Shown piece after piece: positions 27,166-43,990 of a DNA stretch of 64,000 nucleotides. The DNA is from Eledone cirrhosa (taxonomy: Eukaryota). The notes under the pieces are model-generated. The model ran no database searches and was not told the DNA's origin. It was given only the letters and a program-made list of their open reading frames with translations. How positions within the stretch are numbered: the stretch's first letter is position 1; every line of letters begins with the position of its first letter. Location: NCBI GenBank assembly GCA_964016885.1, contig OZ024743.1, positions 186,434,001-186,498,000 on the forward strand. The letters run 5' to 3'. A program made the translations under genes and the position numbers.

Positions 27166-30100
27166 CAACAGTAATAATTGATGGTAGTGTTTCACTCCTA
27201 GGACAGTTCTGACTACTATATCTATAACCTAGTATAACAGTAATAATTGATGGTAGTGTGTCACTCCTAAGTCAGTTCTAACTACTATATCTATAACCTA
27301 GTATAACAGTAATAATTGATGGTAGTGTGTCACTCCTAGGTCAGCTCTAACTACTATATCTATAACATAGTATAACAGTAATAATTGATGGTAGTGTTTC
27401 ACTCGTAGATCAGCTCTGACTACTATATCTATAACATAGTATAACAGTAATAATTGATGGTAGTGTTTCACTTCTAGGTCAGCTCTAACTACTATATCTA
27501 TAACATAGTATAACAGTAATAATTGATGGTAGTATTACACTCCTAGGTCAGCTCTAACTACTATATCTATAACATAGTATAACATTAATAATTGATGGTA
27601 GTGTTTCACTCCTAAGTCAGCTCTAACTACTATATCTATAACATAGTATAACAGTAATAATTGATGGTAGTGTTTCACTTCTAGGTCAGCTCTAACTACT
27701 ATATCTATAACATAGTATAGCAGTAATAATTGATGGTAGTGTTTCACTCCTAGGTCAGCTCTAACTACTATATCTATAACATAGTATAACAGTAATAACT
27801 GATGGTAGTGTTTCACTCCTAAGTCAGCTCTAACTACTATATCTATAACATAGTATAACAGTAATAATTGATGGTAGTGTTTCACTCCTAAGTCAGCTCT
27901 AACTACTATATCTATAACATAGTATAACAGTAATAATTGATGGTAGTGTTTCACTCCTAAGTGAGCTCTAACTACTATATCTATAACATAGTATAACAGT
28001 AATAATTGATGGTAGTGTTTCACTTCTAGGTCAGCTCTTACCACTATATCTATAACATAGTATAACAGTAATAATTGATGGTAGTGTTTCACTCCTAAGT
28101 CAGCTCTAACTACTATATCTATAACATAGTATAACAGTAATAACTGATGGTAGTGTTTCACTCCTAGGTCAGCTCTAACTACTATATCTATTACATAGTA
28201 TAACAGTAATAATTGATGGTAGTGTTTCACTCCTAATTGAGCTCTAACTACTATATCTATAACATAGTATAACAGTAATAATTGATGGTAGTGTTTCACT
28301 TCTAGGTCAGCTCCTACCACTATATCTATAACATAGTATAACAGTAATAATTGATGGTAGTGTTTAACTCCTAACTAAGCTCTGACTACTATATCTATAA
28401 CATTGTATAACAGTAATAACTGATGGTAGTGTTTCACTCTTAGGTCAGCTCTAACTACTATATCTATAACATAGTATAACAGGAATAATTGATGGTAGTG
28501 TTTCACTTCTAGGTCAGCTCTAACTACTATATCTATAACATAGTATAACAGTAATAACTGATGGTAGTGTTTCACTCCTAGGCCAGCTCTAACTTGTATA
28601 TATGTAACATAGTATAACAGTAATAACTGATGGTAGTGTTTCACTCCTAGGTCAGCTCTGACTACTATATCTATAACATAGTATAACAGTAATAATTGAT
28701 GGTAGTGTTACACTCCTAGGTCACCTCTAACTACAATATCTATAACATAGTATAACAGTAATAATTGATGGTAGTGTTTCACTCCTAAGTGAGCTCTGAC
28801 TAATATATCTATAACATAGTATAACAGTAATAATTGATGGTAGTGTTTCACTCCTAGGTCAGCTCTAACTACTATATATATAACATAGTATAACAGTAAT
28901 AATTGATGGTAGTGTTTCACTCCTAAGTCAGCTCTAACTACTATATCTATTACATAGTATAACAGTAATAATTGATGGTAGTGTTTCACTCCTAAGTCAC
29001 CTCTAACTACTATATCTATAACATAGTATAACAGTAATAATTGATGGTAGTGTTTCACTCCTAGGTCATCTCTAACTACTATATCTATAACATAGTATAA
29101 CAGTAATAATTGATGGTAGTGTTTCACTCCTAGGTAATCTCTAACTACTATATCTATAAAATAGTATAACAGTAATAATTGATGGTAGTGTTTCACTCCT
29201 AGGTCAGCTCTAACTACTATATCTATAACATAGTATAACAGTACATACTGATGGTAGTGTTTCACTCCTAAGTCAGCTCTAACTACTATATCTATAACAT
29301 AGTATAACAGTACATACTGATGGTAGTGTTTCACTCCTAAGTCAGCTCTAGCTACTATATCTATAACATAGTATAACAGTAATAACTGATGGTAGTGTTT
29401 CACTCCTAGGTCTGCTCTAACTACTATATCTATAACATAGTATACCACTAATAATTGATGGTAGTGTTACACTCCTAAGTCAGCTCTAACTACTATATCT
29501 ATAACATAGTATAACAGTAATAACTGATGGTAGTGTTTCACTCCTAGGCCAGCTCTGACTACTATATCTATAACATAGTATAAAAGTAATAATTGATGGT
29601 AGTGTTTCACTCCTAAGTGAGCTCTAACTACTATATCTATAACATAGTATAACAGTAATAATTGATGGTAGTGTTTCACTCCTAGGTCAGCTCTAACTAC
29701 TATATCTATAACATAGTATAACAGTAATAATTGATGGTAGTGTTTCACTCCTAAGTCAGCTCTATCTACTATATCTATAACATAGTATAACAGTAATAAT
29801 TGATGGTAGTGTTTCACTCTTAGGTCAGCTCTGACTAATATATCTATAACATAGTATAACAGTAATAATTGATGGTAGTGTTTAACTCCTAGGTCAGCTC
29901 TGACTACTATATCTATAACATAGTATAACAGTAATAATTGATGGTATTGTTTCACTCCTAGGTCAGCTCTAACTACAATATCTATAACATAGTATAACAG
30001 AAATAATTGATGGTAGTGTTTCACTCCTAAGTCAGCTCTAACTACTATATCTATAACATAGTATAACAGTAATAACTGATGGTAGTGTTTCACTCCTAGG

Positions 30101-33100
30101 TCACCTCTAACTACTATATCTATAACATAGTGTAAGAGTAATAATTGATGGTAGGGTTTCATTCCTAAGTCAGCTCTGATTACTATATCTATAACATAGT
30201 ATAACAGTAATAATTGATGGTAGTGTTTCATTCCTAAGTCAGCTCTGACTACTATATATATAACATAGTACAACAGTAATAATTGATGGTAGTGTTTCAC
30301 TCCTAGATCAGCTCTAACTACTATATCTATAACATAGTATAATAGTAATAATTGATGGTAGTGTTTCACTCCTAATTCAGCTCTAACTACTATATCTATA
30401 ACATAGTATAACAGTAATAATTGATGGTAGTGTTACACTCCTAAGTCAGCTCTAACTACTATATCTATAACATAGTATAACAGTCATAATTGATGGTAGT
30501 GTTTCACTCCTAGGTCAGCTCTAACTACTATATCTATAACATAGTATAACAGTAATAATTGATGGTAGTGTAACACTCCTAAGTCAGCTCTAACTACTTT
30601 ATCTATAACATAGTATAACAGTAATAACTGATGGTAGTGTTTCACTCCTAGGTCTGCTCTAACTACTATATCTATAACATAGTATAACAGTAATAATTGA
30701 TGGTAGTGTTTCACTCCTAGGTCAGCTCTAACTACTATATCTATAACATAGTATAACAGTAATAACTGATGGTAGTGTTACACTCCTAAGTCAGCTCTGA
30801 TTACTATATCTATAACATAGTATAACAGTAATAACTGATGGTAGTGTTTCACTCCTAGGTCAGCTCTAACTACTATATCTATAACGTAGTATAACAGTAA
30901 TAATTGATATGTAGTGTTTCACTCCTAGGTCAGCTCTAACTACTATATCTATAACATAGTATAACAGTAATAATTGATGGTAGTGTTTCACTCGCAGGTC
31001 AGCTCTGACTACTATATCTATAACATAGTATAACAGTAATAAATGATGGTAGTGTTACACTCCTAGGTCAGCTCTGACTATTATATCTATAACATAGAAT
31101 AACAGTAATAATTGATGGTAGTGTTTCACTCCTAGATCAGCTCTAACTACTATATCTATAACATAGTATAACAGTAATAATTGATGGTAGTGTTTCACTC
31201 CTAAGTCAACTCTGACTACTATATCTATAACATAGTATAACAGTAATAATTGATGGTAGTGTTTCACTCCTAAGTCAACTCTGACTACTATATCTATAAC
31301 ATAGTATAACAGTAATAGCTGATGGTAGTGTTTCACTCGTAGATCAGCTCTAACTACTATATCTATAACATAGTATAACAGTAATAATTGATGGTAGTGT
31401 TTCACTCCTAAGTCAGCTCTAACTTCTATATCTATAACATAGAATAACAGTAATAATTGATGGTAATGTTTCACTCCTAAGTCAGCTCTAACTACTATAT
31501 CTATAACATAGTATAACAGTAATAATTGATGGTAGTGTGTCACTCCTAGGTCAGCTCTAACTACTATATCTATAACATAGTATAACAGTAATAATTGATG
31601 GTAGTGTTTCACTCCTCGGTCAGCTGTGACTACTATATCTATAACATAGTATAACATTAATAATTGATGGTAGTGTTTCACTCCTAAGTCAGCTCTCACT
31701 ACTATATCTATAACATAGTATAACAGTAATAATTGATGGTAGTGTTTAACTCCTAACTAAGCTCTGACTACTATATCTATAACATAGTATAACAGTAATA
31801 ACTGATGGTAGTGTTTCACCCCTAAATCAGCGCTAACTACTATATCTATAACATAGTATAACAGTAATAATTGATGGTAGTGTTTCACTCCTAGGTCAGC
31901 TCTGACTACTATATCTATAACATAGTACAACAGTAATAATTGATGGTAGTGTTTCACTCCTAGGTCAGTTCTGACTACTATATCTATAACCTAGTATAAC
32001 AGTAATGATTGATGGTAGTGTGTCACTCCTAGGTCAGCTCTAACTACTATATCTATAACATAGTATAACAGTAATAATTGATGGTAGTATAACACTCCTA
32101 AGTCAGTTCTAACTACTATATCTATAACCTAGTATAACAGTAATAATTGATGGTAGTGTGTCACTCCTAGGTCAGCTCTAACTACTATATCTATAACATA
32201 GTATAACAGTAATAATTGATGGTAGTGTTTCACTCGTAGATCAGCTCTGACTACTATATCTATAACATAGTATAACAGTAATAATTGATGGTAGTGTTTC
32301 ACTTCTAGGTCAGCTCTAACTACTATATCTATAACATAGTATAACAGTAATAATTGATGGTAGTGTTACACTCCTAGGTCAGCTCTAACTACTATATCTA
32401 TAACATAGTATAACGGTAATAATTGATGGTAGTGTTTAACTCCTAGGTCTGCTCTGACTACTATATCTATAACATAGTATAACAGTAATAATTGATGGTA
32501 GTGTTTAACTCCTAGGTCAGCTCTGACTACTATATCTATAACATAGTATAACAGTAATAATTGATGGTAGTGTTTCACTCCTAAGTCAGCTCTAACTACT
32601 ATATCTATAACATAGTATAACAGTAATAATTGATGGTAGTGTTTCACTTCTAGGTCAGCTCTAACTACTATATCTATAACATAGTATAGCAGTAATAATT
32701 GATGGTAGTGTTTCACTCCTAGGTCAGCTCTAACTAATATATCTATAACATAGTATAACAGTAATAACTGATGGTAGTGTTTCACTCCTAAGTCAGCTCT
32801 AACTACTATATCTATAACATAGTATAACAGTAATAATTGATGGTAGTGTTTCACTCCTAAGTCAGCTCTAACTACTATATCTATAACATAGTATAACAGT
32901 AATAATTGATGGTATTGTTTCACTCCTAAGTGAGCTCTAACTACTATATCTATAACATAGTATAACAGTAATAATTGATGGTAGTGTTTCACTTCTAGGT
33001 CAGCTCTTACCACTCTATCTATAACATAGTATAACAGTAATAATTGATGGTAGTGTTTCACTCCTAAGTCAGCTCTAACTACTATATCTATAACATAGTA

Positions 33101-34589
33101 TAACAGTAATAACTGATGGTAGTGTTTCACTCCTAGGTCAGCTCTAACTACTATATCTATAACATAGTATAACAGTAATAATTGATGGTAGTGTTTCACT
33201 CCTAAGTCAACTCTAACTACTATATCTATAACATAGTATAACAGTAATAATTGATGGTAGTGTGTCACTCCTAGGTCAGCTCTAACTACTATATCTATAA
33301 CATAGTATAACAGTAATAATTGATGGTAGTGTTTAACTCCTAACTAAGCTCTGACTACTATATCTATAACATAGTATAACAGTAATAACTGATGGTAGTG
33401 TTTCACTCCTAGGTCAGCTCTAACTACTATATCTATAACATAGTATAACAGGAATAATTGATGGTAGTGTTTCACTTCTAGGTCAGCTCTAACTACTATA
33501 TCTATAACATAGTATAACAGTAATAACTGATGGTAGTGTTTCACTCCTAGGCCAGCTCTAACTTGTATATATATAACATAGTATAACAGTAATAACTGAT
33601 GGTAGTGTTTCACTCCTAGGTCAGCTCTGACTACTATATCTATAACATAGTATAACAGTAATAATTGATGGTAGTGTTACACTCCTAGGTCACCTCTAAC
33701 TACTATATCTATAACATAGTATAACAGTAATAATTGATGGTAGTGTTTCACTCCTAAGTGAGCTCTGACTAATATATCTATAACATAGTATAACAGTAAT
33801 AATTGATGGTAGTGTTTCACTCCTAGGTCAGCTCTAACTACTATATATATAACATAGCATAACAGTAATAATTGATGGTAGTGTTTCACTCCTAAGTCAG
33901 CTCTAACTACTATATCTATAACACAGTATAACAGTAATAATTGATGGTAGTGTTTCACTCCTAGGTCATCTCTAACTACTATATCTATAACATAGTATAA
34001 CAGTAATAATTGATGGTAGTGTTTCACTCCTAGGTCATCTCTAACTACTATATCTATAACATAGTATAACAGTAATAATTGATGGTAGTGTTTCACTCCT
34101 AGGTAATCTCTAACTACTATATCTATAAAATAGTATAACAGTAATAATTGATGGTAGTGTTTCACTCCTAGGTCAGCTCTAACTACTATATCTATAACAT
34201 AGTATAACAGTACATACTGATGGTAGTGTTTCACTCCTAAGTCAGCTCTAACTACTATATCTATAACATAGTATAACAGTACATACTGATGGTAGTGTTT
34301 CACTCCTAAGTCAGCTCTAGCTACTATATCTATAACATAGTATAACAGTAATAACTGATGGTAGTGTTTCACTCCTAGGTCTGCTCTAACTACTATATCT
34401 ATAACATAGTATACCACTAATAATTGATGGTAGTGTTACACTCCTAAGTCAGCTCTAACTACTATATCTATAACATAGTATAACAGTAATAACTGATGGT
34501 AGTGTTTCACTCCTAGGCCAGCTCTGACTACTATATCTATAACATAGTATAACAGTAATAATTGATGGTAGTGTTTCACTCCTAGGTCA

Positions 34590-37500
34590 GCTCTAACTAC
34601 TATATCTCTAACATAGTATAACAGTAATAATTGATGGTAGTGTTTAACTCCTAAGTCAGCTCTAACTACTATATCTATAACATAGTATAACAGTAATAAT
34701 TGATGGTAGTGTTTCACTCTTAGGTCAGCTCTGACTAATATATCTATAACATAGTATAACAGTAATAATTGATGGTAGTGTTTAACTCCTAGGTCAGCTC
34801 TGACTACTATATCTATAACAGTATAACAGTAATAATTGATGGTAGTGTTTAACTCCTAGGTCTGCTCTGACTACTATATCTATAACATAGTATAACAGTA
34901 ATAATTGATGGTAGTGTTTAACTCCTAGGTCAGCTCTGACTACTATATCTATAACATAGTATAACAGTAATAATTGATGGTAGTGTTTCACTCCTAAGTC
35001 AGCTCTAACTACTATATCTATAACATAGTATAACAGTAATAATTGATGGTAGTGTTTCATTCCTAAGTCAGCTCTAACTACTATATCTATAACATAGTAT
35101 AACAGTAATAACTGATGGTAGTGTTTCACTCCTAGGTCAGCTCTCACTACTATATCTAAAACATAGTATAACAGTAATAATTGATGGTAGTGTTTCACTC
35201 CTAAGTCAGCTCTAACTACTATATCTATAACATAGTATAACAGTAATAATCGATGGTAGTGTTTCACTCCTAGATCAGCTCTGACTACTATATCTATAAC
35301 ATAGTATAACAGTAATAATTGATGGTAGTGTTTCACTCCAAAGTCAGCTCTAACTACTATATCTACAACATAGTATAACATTAATAATTGATGGAAGTAC
35401 TTCACTCCTAAGTCAGCTCTAACTACTATATCTATAACATAGTATAACAGTAATAATTGATGGTAGTGTTTCACTCCTAGGTCTGCTCTAACTACTATAT
35501 CTATAACATAGTATAACAGTAATAATTGATGGTAGTGTTTCACCCCTAAATAAGCTCTGACTACTATACCTATAACATAGTATAACATTAATAATTGATG
35601 GTAGTGTTTCACTCCTAGGTCAGCTCTCACTACTATATCTAAAACATAGTATAACAGTAATAATTGATGGTAGTGTTTCACTCCTAAGTCAGCTCTAACT
35701 ACTATATCTATAACATAGTATAACAGTAATAATTGATGGTAGTCTTTCACTCCTAGATCAGCTCTGACTACTATATCTATAACATAGTATAACAGTAATA
35801 ATTGATGGTAGTGTTTCACTCCTAAGTCAGCTCTAACTACTATATCTATAACATAGTATAACAGTAATAATCGATGGTAGTGTTTCACTTCTAGGTCAGC
35901 TCTAACTACTATATCTATAACATAGTATAACAGCAATAATTGATGGTATTGTTTCACTCCTAAGTCAGCTCTGACTACTATATCTATAACATAGTATAAC
36001 AGTAATAATTGATGGTAGTGTTTCACTCCTAAGTCAGCTCTAACTACTATATCTATAACGTAGTATAACAGTAATAATTTGATGGTAGTGTTTCACTCCT
36101 AAGTCAGCTCTGACTACTATATCTATAACATAGTATAACAGTAATAATTGATGGTATTGTTTCACTCCTAAGTCAGCTGTAACTACTATATCTATAACAT
36201 AGTATAACAGTAGTAATTGATGGTAGTGTTTCACTCCTAAGTCAGCTCTAACTACTATATCTATAACATAGTATAACAGTAATAATTGATGGTAGTGTTT
36301 CACTCCTAAGTCAGCTCTAACTACTATATCTCTAACATAGTATAACAGTAATAATTGATGGTAGTGTTTAACTCCTAAGTCAGCTCTAACTACTATATCT
36401 ATAACATAGTATAACAGTAATAATTGATGGTAGTGTTTCACTCTTAGGTCAGCTCTGACTAATATATCTATAACATAGTATAACAGTAATAATTGATGGT
36501 AGTGTTTAACTCCTAGGTCAGCTCTGACTACTATATCTATAACATAGTATAACAGTAATAATTGATGGTAGTGTTTAACTCCTAGGTCTGCTCTGACTAC
36601 TATATCTATAACATAGTATAACAGTAATAATTGATGGTAGTGTTTAACTCCTAGGTCAGCTCTGACTACTATATCTATAACATAGTATAACAGTAATAAT
36701 TGATGGTAGTGTTTCACTCCTAAGTCAGCTCTAACTACTATATCTATAACATAGTATAACAGTAATAATTGATGGTAGTGTTTCATTCCTAAGTCAGCTC
36801 TAACTACTATATCTATAACATAGTATAACAGTAATAACTGATGGTAGTGTTTCACTCCTAGGTCAGCTCTCACTACTATATCTAAAACATAGTATAACAG
36901 TAATAATTGATGGTAGTGTTTCACTCCTAAGTCAGCTCTAACTACTATATCTATAACATAGTATAACAGTAATAATCGATGGTAGTGTTTCACTCCTAGA
37001 TCAGCTCTGACTACTATATCTATAACATAGTATAACAGTAATAATTGATGGTAGTGTTTCACTCCAAAGTCAGCTCTAACTACTATATCTACAACATAGT
37101 ATAACATTAATAATTGATGGAAGTACTTCACTCCTAAGTCAGCTCTAACTACTATATCTATAACATAGTATAACAGTAATAATTGATGGTAGTGTTTCAC
37201 TCCTAGGTCTGCTCTAACTACTATATCTATAACATAGTATAACAGTAATAATTGATGGTAGTGTTTCACCCCTAAATAAGCTCTGACTACTATACCTATA
37301 ACATAGTATAACATTAATAATTGATGGTAGTGTTTCACTCCTAGGTCAGCTCTCACTACTATATCTAAAACATAGTATAACAGTAATAATTGATGGTAGT
37401 GTTTCACTCCTAAGTCAGCTCTAACTACTATATCTATAACATAGTATAACAGTAATAATTGATGGTAGTCTTTCACTCCTAGATCAGCTCTGACTACTAT

Positions 37501-37990
37501 ATCTATAACATAGTATAACAGTAATAATTGATGGTAGTGTTTCACTCCTAAGTCAGCTCTAACTACTATATCTATAACATAGTATAACAGTAATAATCGA
37601 TGGTAGTGTTTCACTTCTAGGTCAGCTCTAACTACTATATCTATAACATAGTATAACAGCAATAATTGATGGTATTGTTTCACTCCTAAGTCAGCTCTGA
37701 CTACTATATCTATAACATAGTATAACAGTAATAATTGATGGTAGTGTTTCACTCCTAAGTCAGCTCTAACTACTATATCTATAACATAGTATAACAGTAA
37801 TAATTTGATGGTAGTGTTTCACTCCTAAGTCAGCTCTGACTACTATATCTATAACATAGTATAACAGTAATAATTGATGGTATTGTTTCACTCCTAAGTC
37901 AGCTGTAACTACTATATCTATAACATAGTATAACAGTAATAATTGATGGTAGTGTTTCACTCCTAAGTCAGCTCTAACTACTATATCTAT
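34590..37990. repeat. Tandem duplication of a 25-monomer (about 1726-bp) unit
   Basis: Both copies share the rare variants TATCTCTAAC (about 34603/36327), CTCTCAC..CTAAAAC, CTCCAAAG, GGAAGTAC and ACAGCAAT. ORF ends 36026 and 37752 differ by 1726 = 25x69+1. Copy 1 has an extra 2-bp deletion at about 34820. Confidence 0.88.
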
Positions 37991-40879
37991 AACATAGTAT
38001 AACAGTAATAATTTGATGGTAGTGTTTCACTCCTAGGTCAGCTCTGACTACTATATCTATAACACAGTATAACAGTAATAATTGATGGTAGTGTTTCCCT
38101 CCTAGGTCAGCTCTAACTTGTATATCTATAACATAGTATAACAGTAATAATTGATGGTAGTGTTTAACTCCTAAGTCAGCTCTAACTACTATATCTATAA
38201 CATAGTATAACAGTAATAATTGATGGTAGTGTTTCACTCCTAGGTCAGCTCTAACTACTATATCTATAACATAGTATAACAGTAATAATTGATGGTAGTG
38301 TTTCACTCTTAGGTCAGCTCTGACTAATATATCTATAACATAGTATAACAGTAATAATTGATGGTAGTGTTTAACTCCTAGGTCAGCTCTGACTACTATA
38401 TCTATAACATAGTATAACAGTAATAATTGATGGTAGTGTTTAACTCCTAGGTCAGCTCTGACTACTATATCTATAACATAGTATAAAAGTAATAATTGAT
38501 GGTAGTGTTTCACTCCTAGGTAATCTCTAACTACTATATCTATAACATAGTATAACAGTAATAACTGATGGTAGTGTTTCACTCCTAAGTCAGTTCTAAC
38601 TACTATATATATAACATAGTATAACAGTAATAACTGATGGTAGTGTTTCACTCCTAGGTCAGCTCTAACTTCTATATCTATAACATAGTATAACAGTAAT
38701 AATTGATGGTAATGATTCACTCCTAAGTCAGCTCTAACTACTATATCTATAACATAGTATAACAGTAATAATTGATGGTAGTGTTTCACTCCTAAGTCAG
38801 CTCTAACTACTATATCTATAACATAGTATAACAGTAATAATTGATGGTAGTGTTTCACTCCTAAGTCAGCTCTAGCTACTATATCTATAACATAGTATAA
38901 CAGTAATAACTGATGGTAGTGTTTCACTCCTAGGTCTGCTCTAACTACTATATCTATAACCTAGTATAACAGTAATAATTGATGGTAGTGTGTCACTCCT
39001 AGGTCAGCTCTAACTACTATATCTATAACATAGTATAACAGTAATAATTGATGGTAGTGTTTCACTCGTAGATCAGCTCTGACTACTATATCTATAACAT
39101 AGTATAACAGTAATAATTGATGGTAGTGTTTCACTTCTAGGTCAGCTCTAACTACTATATCTATAACATAGTATAACAGTAATAATTGATGGTAGTGTTT
39201 CACTCCTAAGTGAGCTCTAACTACTATATATATAACATAGTATAACAGTAATAATTGATGGTAGTGTTTCACTCCTAGGTCAGCTCTAACTACTATATCT
39301 ATAACATAGTATAACAGTACATACTGATGGTAGTGTTTCACTCCTAAGTCAGCTCTAGCTACTATATCTATAACATAGTATAACAGTAATAACTGATGGT
39401 AGTGTTTCACTCCTAGGTCTGCTCTAACTACTATATCTATAACATAGTATACCACTAATAATTGATGGTAGTGTTACACTCCTAAGTCAGCTCTAACTAC
39501 TATATCTATAACATAGTATAACAGTAATAACTGATGGTAGTGTTTCACTCCTAGGCCAGCTCTGACTACTATATCTATAACATAGTATAAAAGTAATAAT
39601 TGATGGTAGTGTTTCACTCCTAAGTGAGCTCTAACTACTATATCTATAACATAGTATAACAGTAATAATTGATGGTAGTGTTTAACTCCTAGGTCAGCTC
39701 TGACTACTATATCTATAACATAGTATAACAGTAATAATTGATGGTAGTGTTTAACTCCTAGGTCTGCTCTGACTACTATATCTATAACATAGTATAACAG
39801 TAATAATTTGATGGTAGTGTTTAACTCCTAGGTCAGCTCTGACTACTATATCTATAACATAGTATAACAGTAATAATTGATGGTAGTGTTTCACTCCTAA
39901 GTCAGCTCTAACTACTATATCTATAACATAGTATAACAGTAATAATTGATGGTAGTGTTTCATTCCTAAGTTAGCTCTAACTACTATATCTATAACATAG
40001 TATAACAGTAATAACTGATGGTAGTGTTTCACTCCTAGGTCAGCTCTAACTACTATATCTAAAACATAGTATAACAGTAATAATTGATGGTAGTGTTTCA
40101 CTCCTAAGTCAGCTCTAACTACTATATCTATAACATAGTATAACAGTAATAATCGATGGTAGTGTTTCACTCCTAGATCAGCTCTGACTACTATATCTAT
40201 AACATAGTATAACAGTAATAATTGATGGTAGTGTTTCACCCCTAAATAAGCTCTGACTACTATACCTATAACATAGTATAACATTAATAATTGATGGTAG
40301 TGTTGCACTTCTTGGTCAGCTCTAACTACTATATCTATAACATAGTATAACAGTAATAATTGATGGTAGTGTTTCACTCCTAAGTCAGCTCTAACTACTA
40401 TATCTATAACATAGTATAACGGTAATAATTGATGGTAGTGTTTCACTCCTAAGTCAGCTCTAACTACTATATCTATAACATAGTATAACAGTAATAATTG
40501 ATGGTAGTCTTTCACTCCTAGATCAGCTCTGACTACTATATCTATAACATAGTATAACAGTAATAATTGATGGTAGTGTTTCACTCCTAAGTCAGCTCTA
40601 ACTACTATATCTATAACATAGTATAACAGTAATAATCGATGGTAGTGTTTCACTTCTAGGTCAGCTCTAACTACTATATCTATAACATAGTATAACAGTA
40701 ATAATTGATGGTATTGTTTCACTCCTAAGTCAGCTCTGACTACTATATCTATAACATAGTATAACAGTAATAATTTGATGGTAGTGTTTCACTCCTAAGT
40801 CAGCTCTGACTACTATATCTATAACATAGTATAACAGTAATAATTGATGGTATTGTTTCACTCCTAAGTCAGCTGTAAC

Positions 40880-43800
40880 TACTATATCTATAACATAGTA
40901 TAACAGTAATAATTGATGGTAGTGTTTCACTCCTAAGTCAGCTCTAACTACTATATCTATAACATAGTATAACAGTAATAATTTGATGGTAGTGTTTCAC
41001 TCCTAGGTCAGCTCTGACTACTATATGTATAACACAGTATAACAGTAATAATTGATGGTAGTGTTTCCCTCCTAGGTCAGCTCTAACTTGTATATCTATA
41101 ACATAGTATAACAGTAATAATTGATGGTAGTGTTTAACTCCTAAGTCAGCTCTAACTACTATATCTATAACTTAGTATAACAGTAATAATTGATGGTAGT
41201 GTTTCACTCCTAGGTCAGCTCTAACTACTATATCTATAACATAGTATAACAGTAATAATTGATGGTAGTGTTTCACTCTTAGGTCAGCTCTGACTAATAT
41301 ATCTATAACATAGTATAACAGTAATAATTGATGGTAGTGTTTAACTCCTAGGTCAGCTCTGACTACTATATCTATAACATAGTATAACAGTAATAATTGA
41401 TGGTAGTGTTTAACTCCTAGGTCAGCTCTGACTACTATATCTATAACATAGTATAAAAGTAATAATTGATGGTAGTGTTTCACTCCTAGGTAATCTCTAA
41501 CTACTATATCTATAACATAGTATAACAGTAATAACTGATGGTAGTGTTTCACTCCTAAGTCAGTTCTAACTACTATATATATAACATAGTATAACAGTAA
41601 TAACTGATGGTAGTGTTTCACTCCTAGGTCAGCTCTAACTTCTATATCTATAACATAGTATAACAGTAATAATTGATGGTAATGATTCACTCCTAAGTCA
41701 GCTCTAACTACTATATCTATAACATAGTATAACAGTAATAATTGATGGTAGTGTTTCACTCCTAAGTCAGCTCTAACTACTATATCTATAACATAGTATA
41801 ACAGTAATAATTGATGGTAGTGTTTCACTCCTAAGTCAGCTCTAGCTACTATATCTATAACATAGTATAACAGTAATAACTGATGGTAGTGTTTCACTGC
41901 TAGGTCTGCTCTAACTACTATATCTATAACCTAGTATAACAGTAATAATTGATGGTAGTGTGTCACTCCTAGGTCAGCTCTAACTACTATATCTATAACA
42001 TAGTATAACAGTAATAATTGATGGTAGTGTTTCACTCGTAGATCAGCTCTGACTACTATATCTATAACATAGTATAACAGTAATAATTGATGGTAGTGTT
42101 TCACTTCTAGGTCAGCTCTAACTACTATATCTATAACATAGTATAACATTAATAATTGATGGTAGTGTTTCACTCCTAAGTCAGCTCTAACTACTATATC
42201 TATAACATAGTATAACAGTAATAATTGATGGTAGTGTTTCACTTCTAGGTCAGCTCTAACTACTATATCTATAACATAGTATAGCAGTAATAATTGATGG
42301 TAGTGTTTCACTCCTAGGTCAGCTCTAACTACTATATCTATAACATAGTATAACAGTAATAACTGATGGTAGTGTTTCACTCCTAATCAGCTCTAACTAC
42401 TATATCTATAACATAGTATAACAGTAATAATTGATGGTAGTGTTTCACTCCTAAGTCAGCTCTAACTACTATATCTATAACATAGTATAACAGTAATAAT
42501 TTGATGGTAGTGTTTCACTCCTAGGTCAGCTCTGACTACTATATCTATAACACAGTATAACAGTAATAATTGATGGTAGTGTTTCCCTCCTAGGTCAGCT
42601 CTAACTTGTATATCTATAACATAGTATAACAGTAATAATTGATGGTAGTGTTTAACTCCTAAGTCAGCTCTAACTACTATATCTATAACTTAGTATAACA
42701 GTAATAATTGATGGTAGTGTTTCACTCCTAGGTCAGCTCTAACTACTATATCTATAACATAGTATAACAGTAATAATTGATGGTAGTGTTTCACTCTTAG
42801 GTCAGCTCTGACTAATATATCTATAACATAGTATAACAGTAATAATTGATGGTAGTGTTTAACTCCTAGGTCAGCTCTGACTACTATATCTATAACATAG
42901 TATAACAGTAATAATTGATGGTAGTGTTTAACTCCTAGGTCAGCTCTGACTACTATATCTATAACATAGTATAAAAGTAATAATTGATGGTAGTGTTTCA
43001 CTCCTAGGTAATCTCTAACTACTATATCTATAACATAGTATAACAGTAATAACTGATGGTAGTGTTTCACTCCTAAGTCAGTTCTAACTACTATATATAT
43101 AACATAGTATAACAGTAATAACTGATGGTAGTGTTTCACTCCTAGGTCAGCTCTAACTTCTATATCTATAACATAGTATAACAGTAATAATTGATGGTAA
43201 TGATTCACTCCTAAGTCAGCTCTAACTACTATATCTATAACATAGTATAACAGTAATAATTGATGGTAGTGTTTCACTCCTAAGTCAGCTCTAACTACTA
43301 TATCTATAACATAGTATAACAGTAATAATTGATGGTAGTGTTTCACTCCTAAGTCAGCTCTAGCTACTATATCTATAACATAGTATAACAGTAATAACTG
43401 ATGGTAGTGTTTCACTGCTAGGTCTGCTCTAACTACTATATCTATAACCTAGTATAACAGTAATAATTGATGGTAGTGTGTCACTCCTAGGTCAGCTCTA
43501 ACTACTATATCTATAACATAGTATAACAGTAATAATTGATGGTAGTGTTTCACTCGTAGATCAGCTCTGACTACTATATCTATAACATAGTATAACAGTA
43601 ATAATTGATGGTAGTGTTTCACTTCTAGGTCAGCTCTAACTACTATATCTATAACATAGTATAACATTAATAATTGATGGTAGTGTTTCACTCCTAAGTC
43701 AGCTCTAACTACTATATCTATAACATAGTATAACAGTAATAATTGATGGTAGTGTTTCACTTCTAGGTCAGCTCTAACTACTATATCTATAACATAGTAT

Positions 43801-43990
43801 AGCAGTAATAATTGATGGTAGTGTTTCACTCCTAGGTCAGCTCTAACTACTATATCTATAACATAGTATAACAGTAATAACTGATGGTAGTGTTTCACTC
43901 CTAATCAGCTCTAACTACTATATCTATAACATAGTATAACAGTAATAATTGATGGTAGTGTTTCACTCCTAAGTCAGCTCTAACTACTAT
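40880..43990. repeat. Near-identical tandem duplication of a 22-monomer (1518-bp) unit
   Basis: ORF pairs 41172..41897 / 42690..43415 and 41931..42380 / 43449..43898 are identical at offset 1518 = 22x69. The +T (about 40982/42500) and the -G CCTAATCAG (about 42386/43904) are shared. Confidence 0.92.
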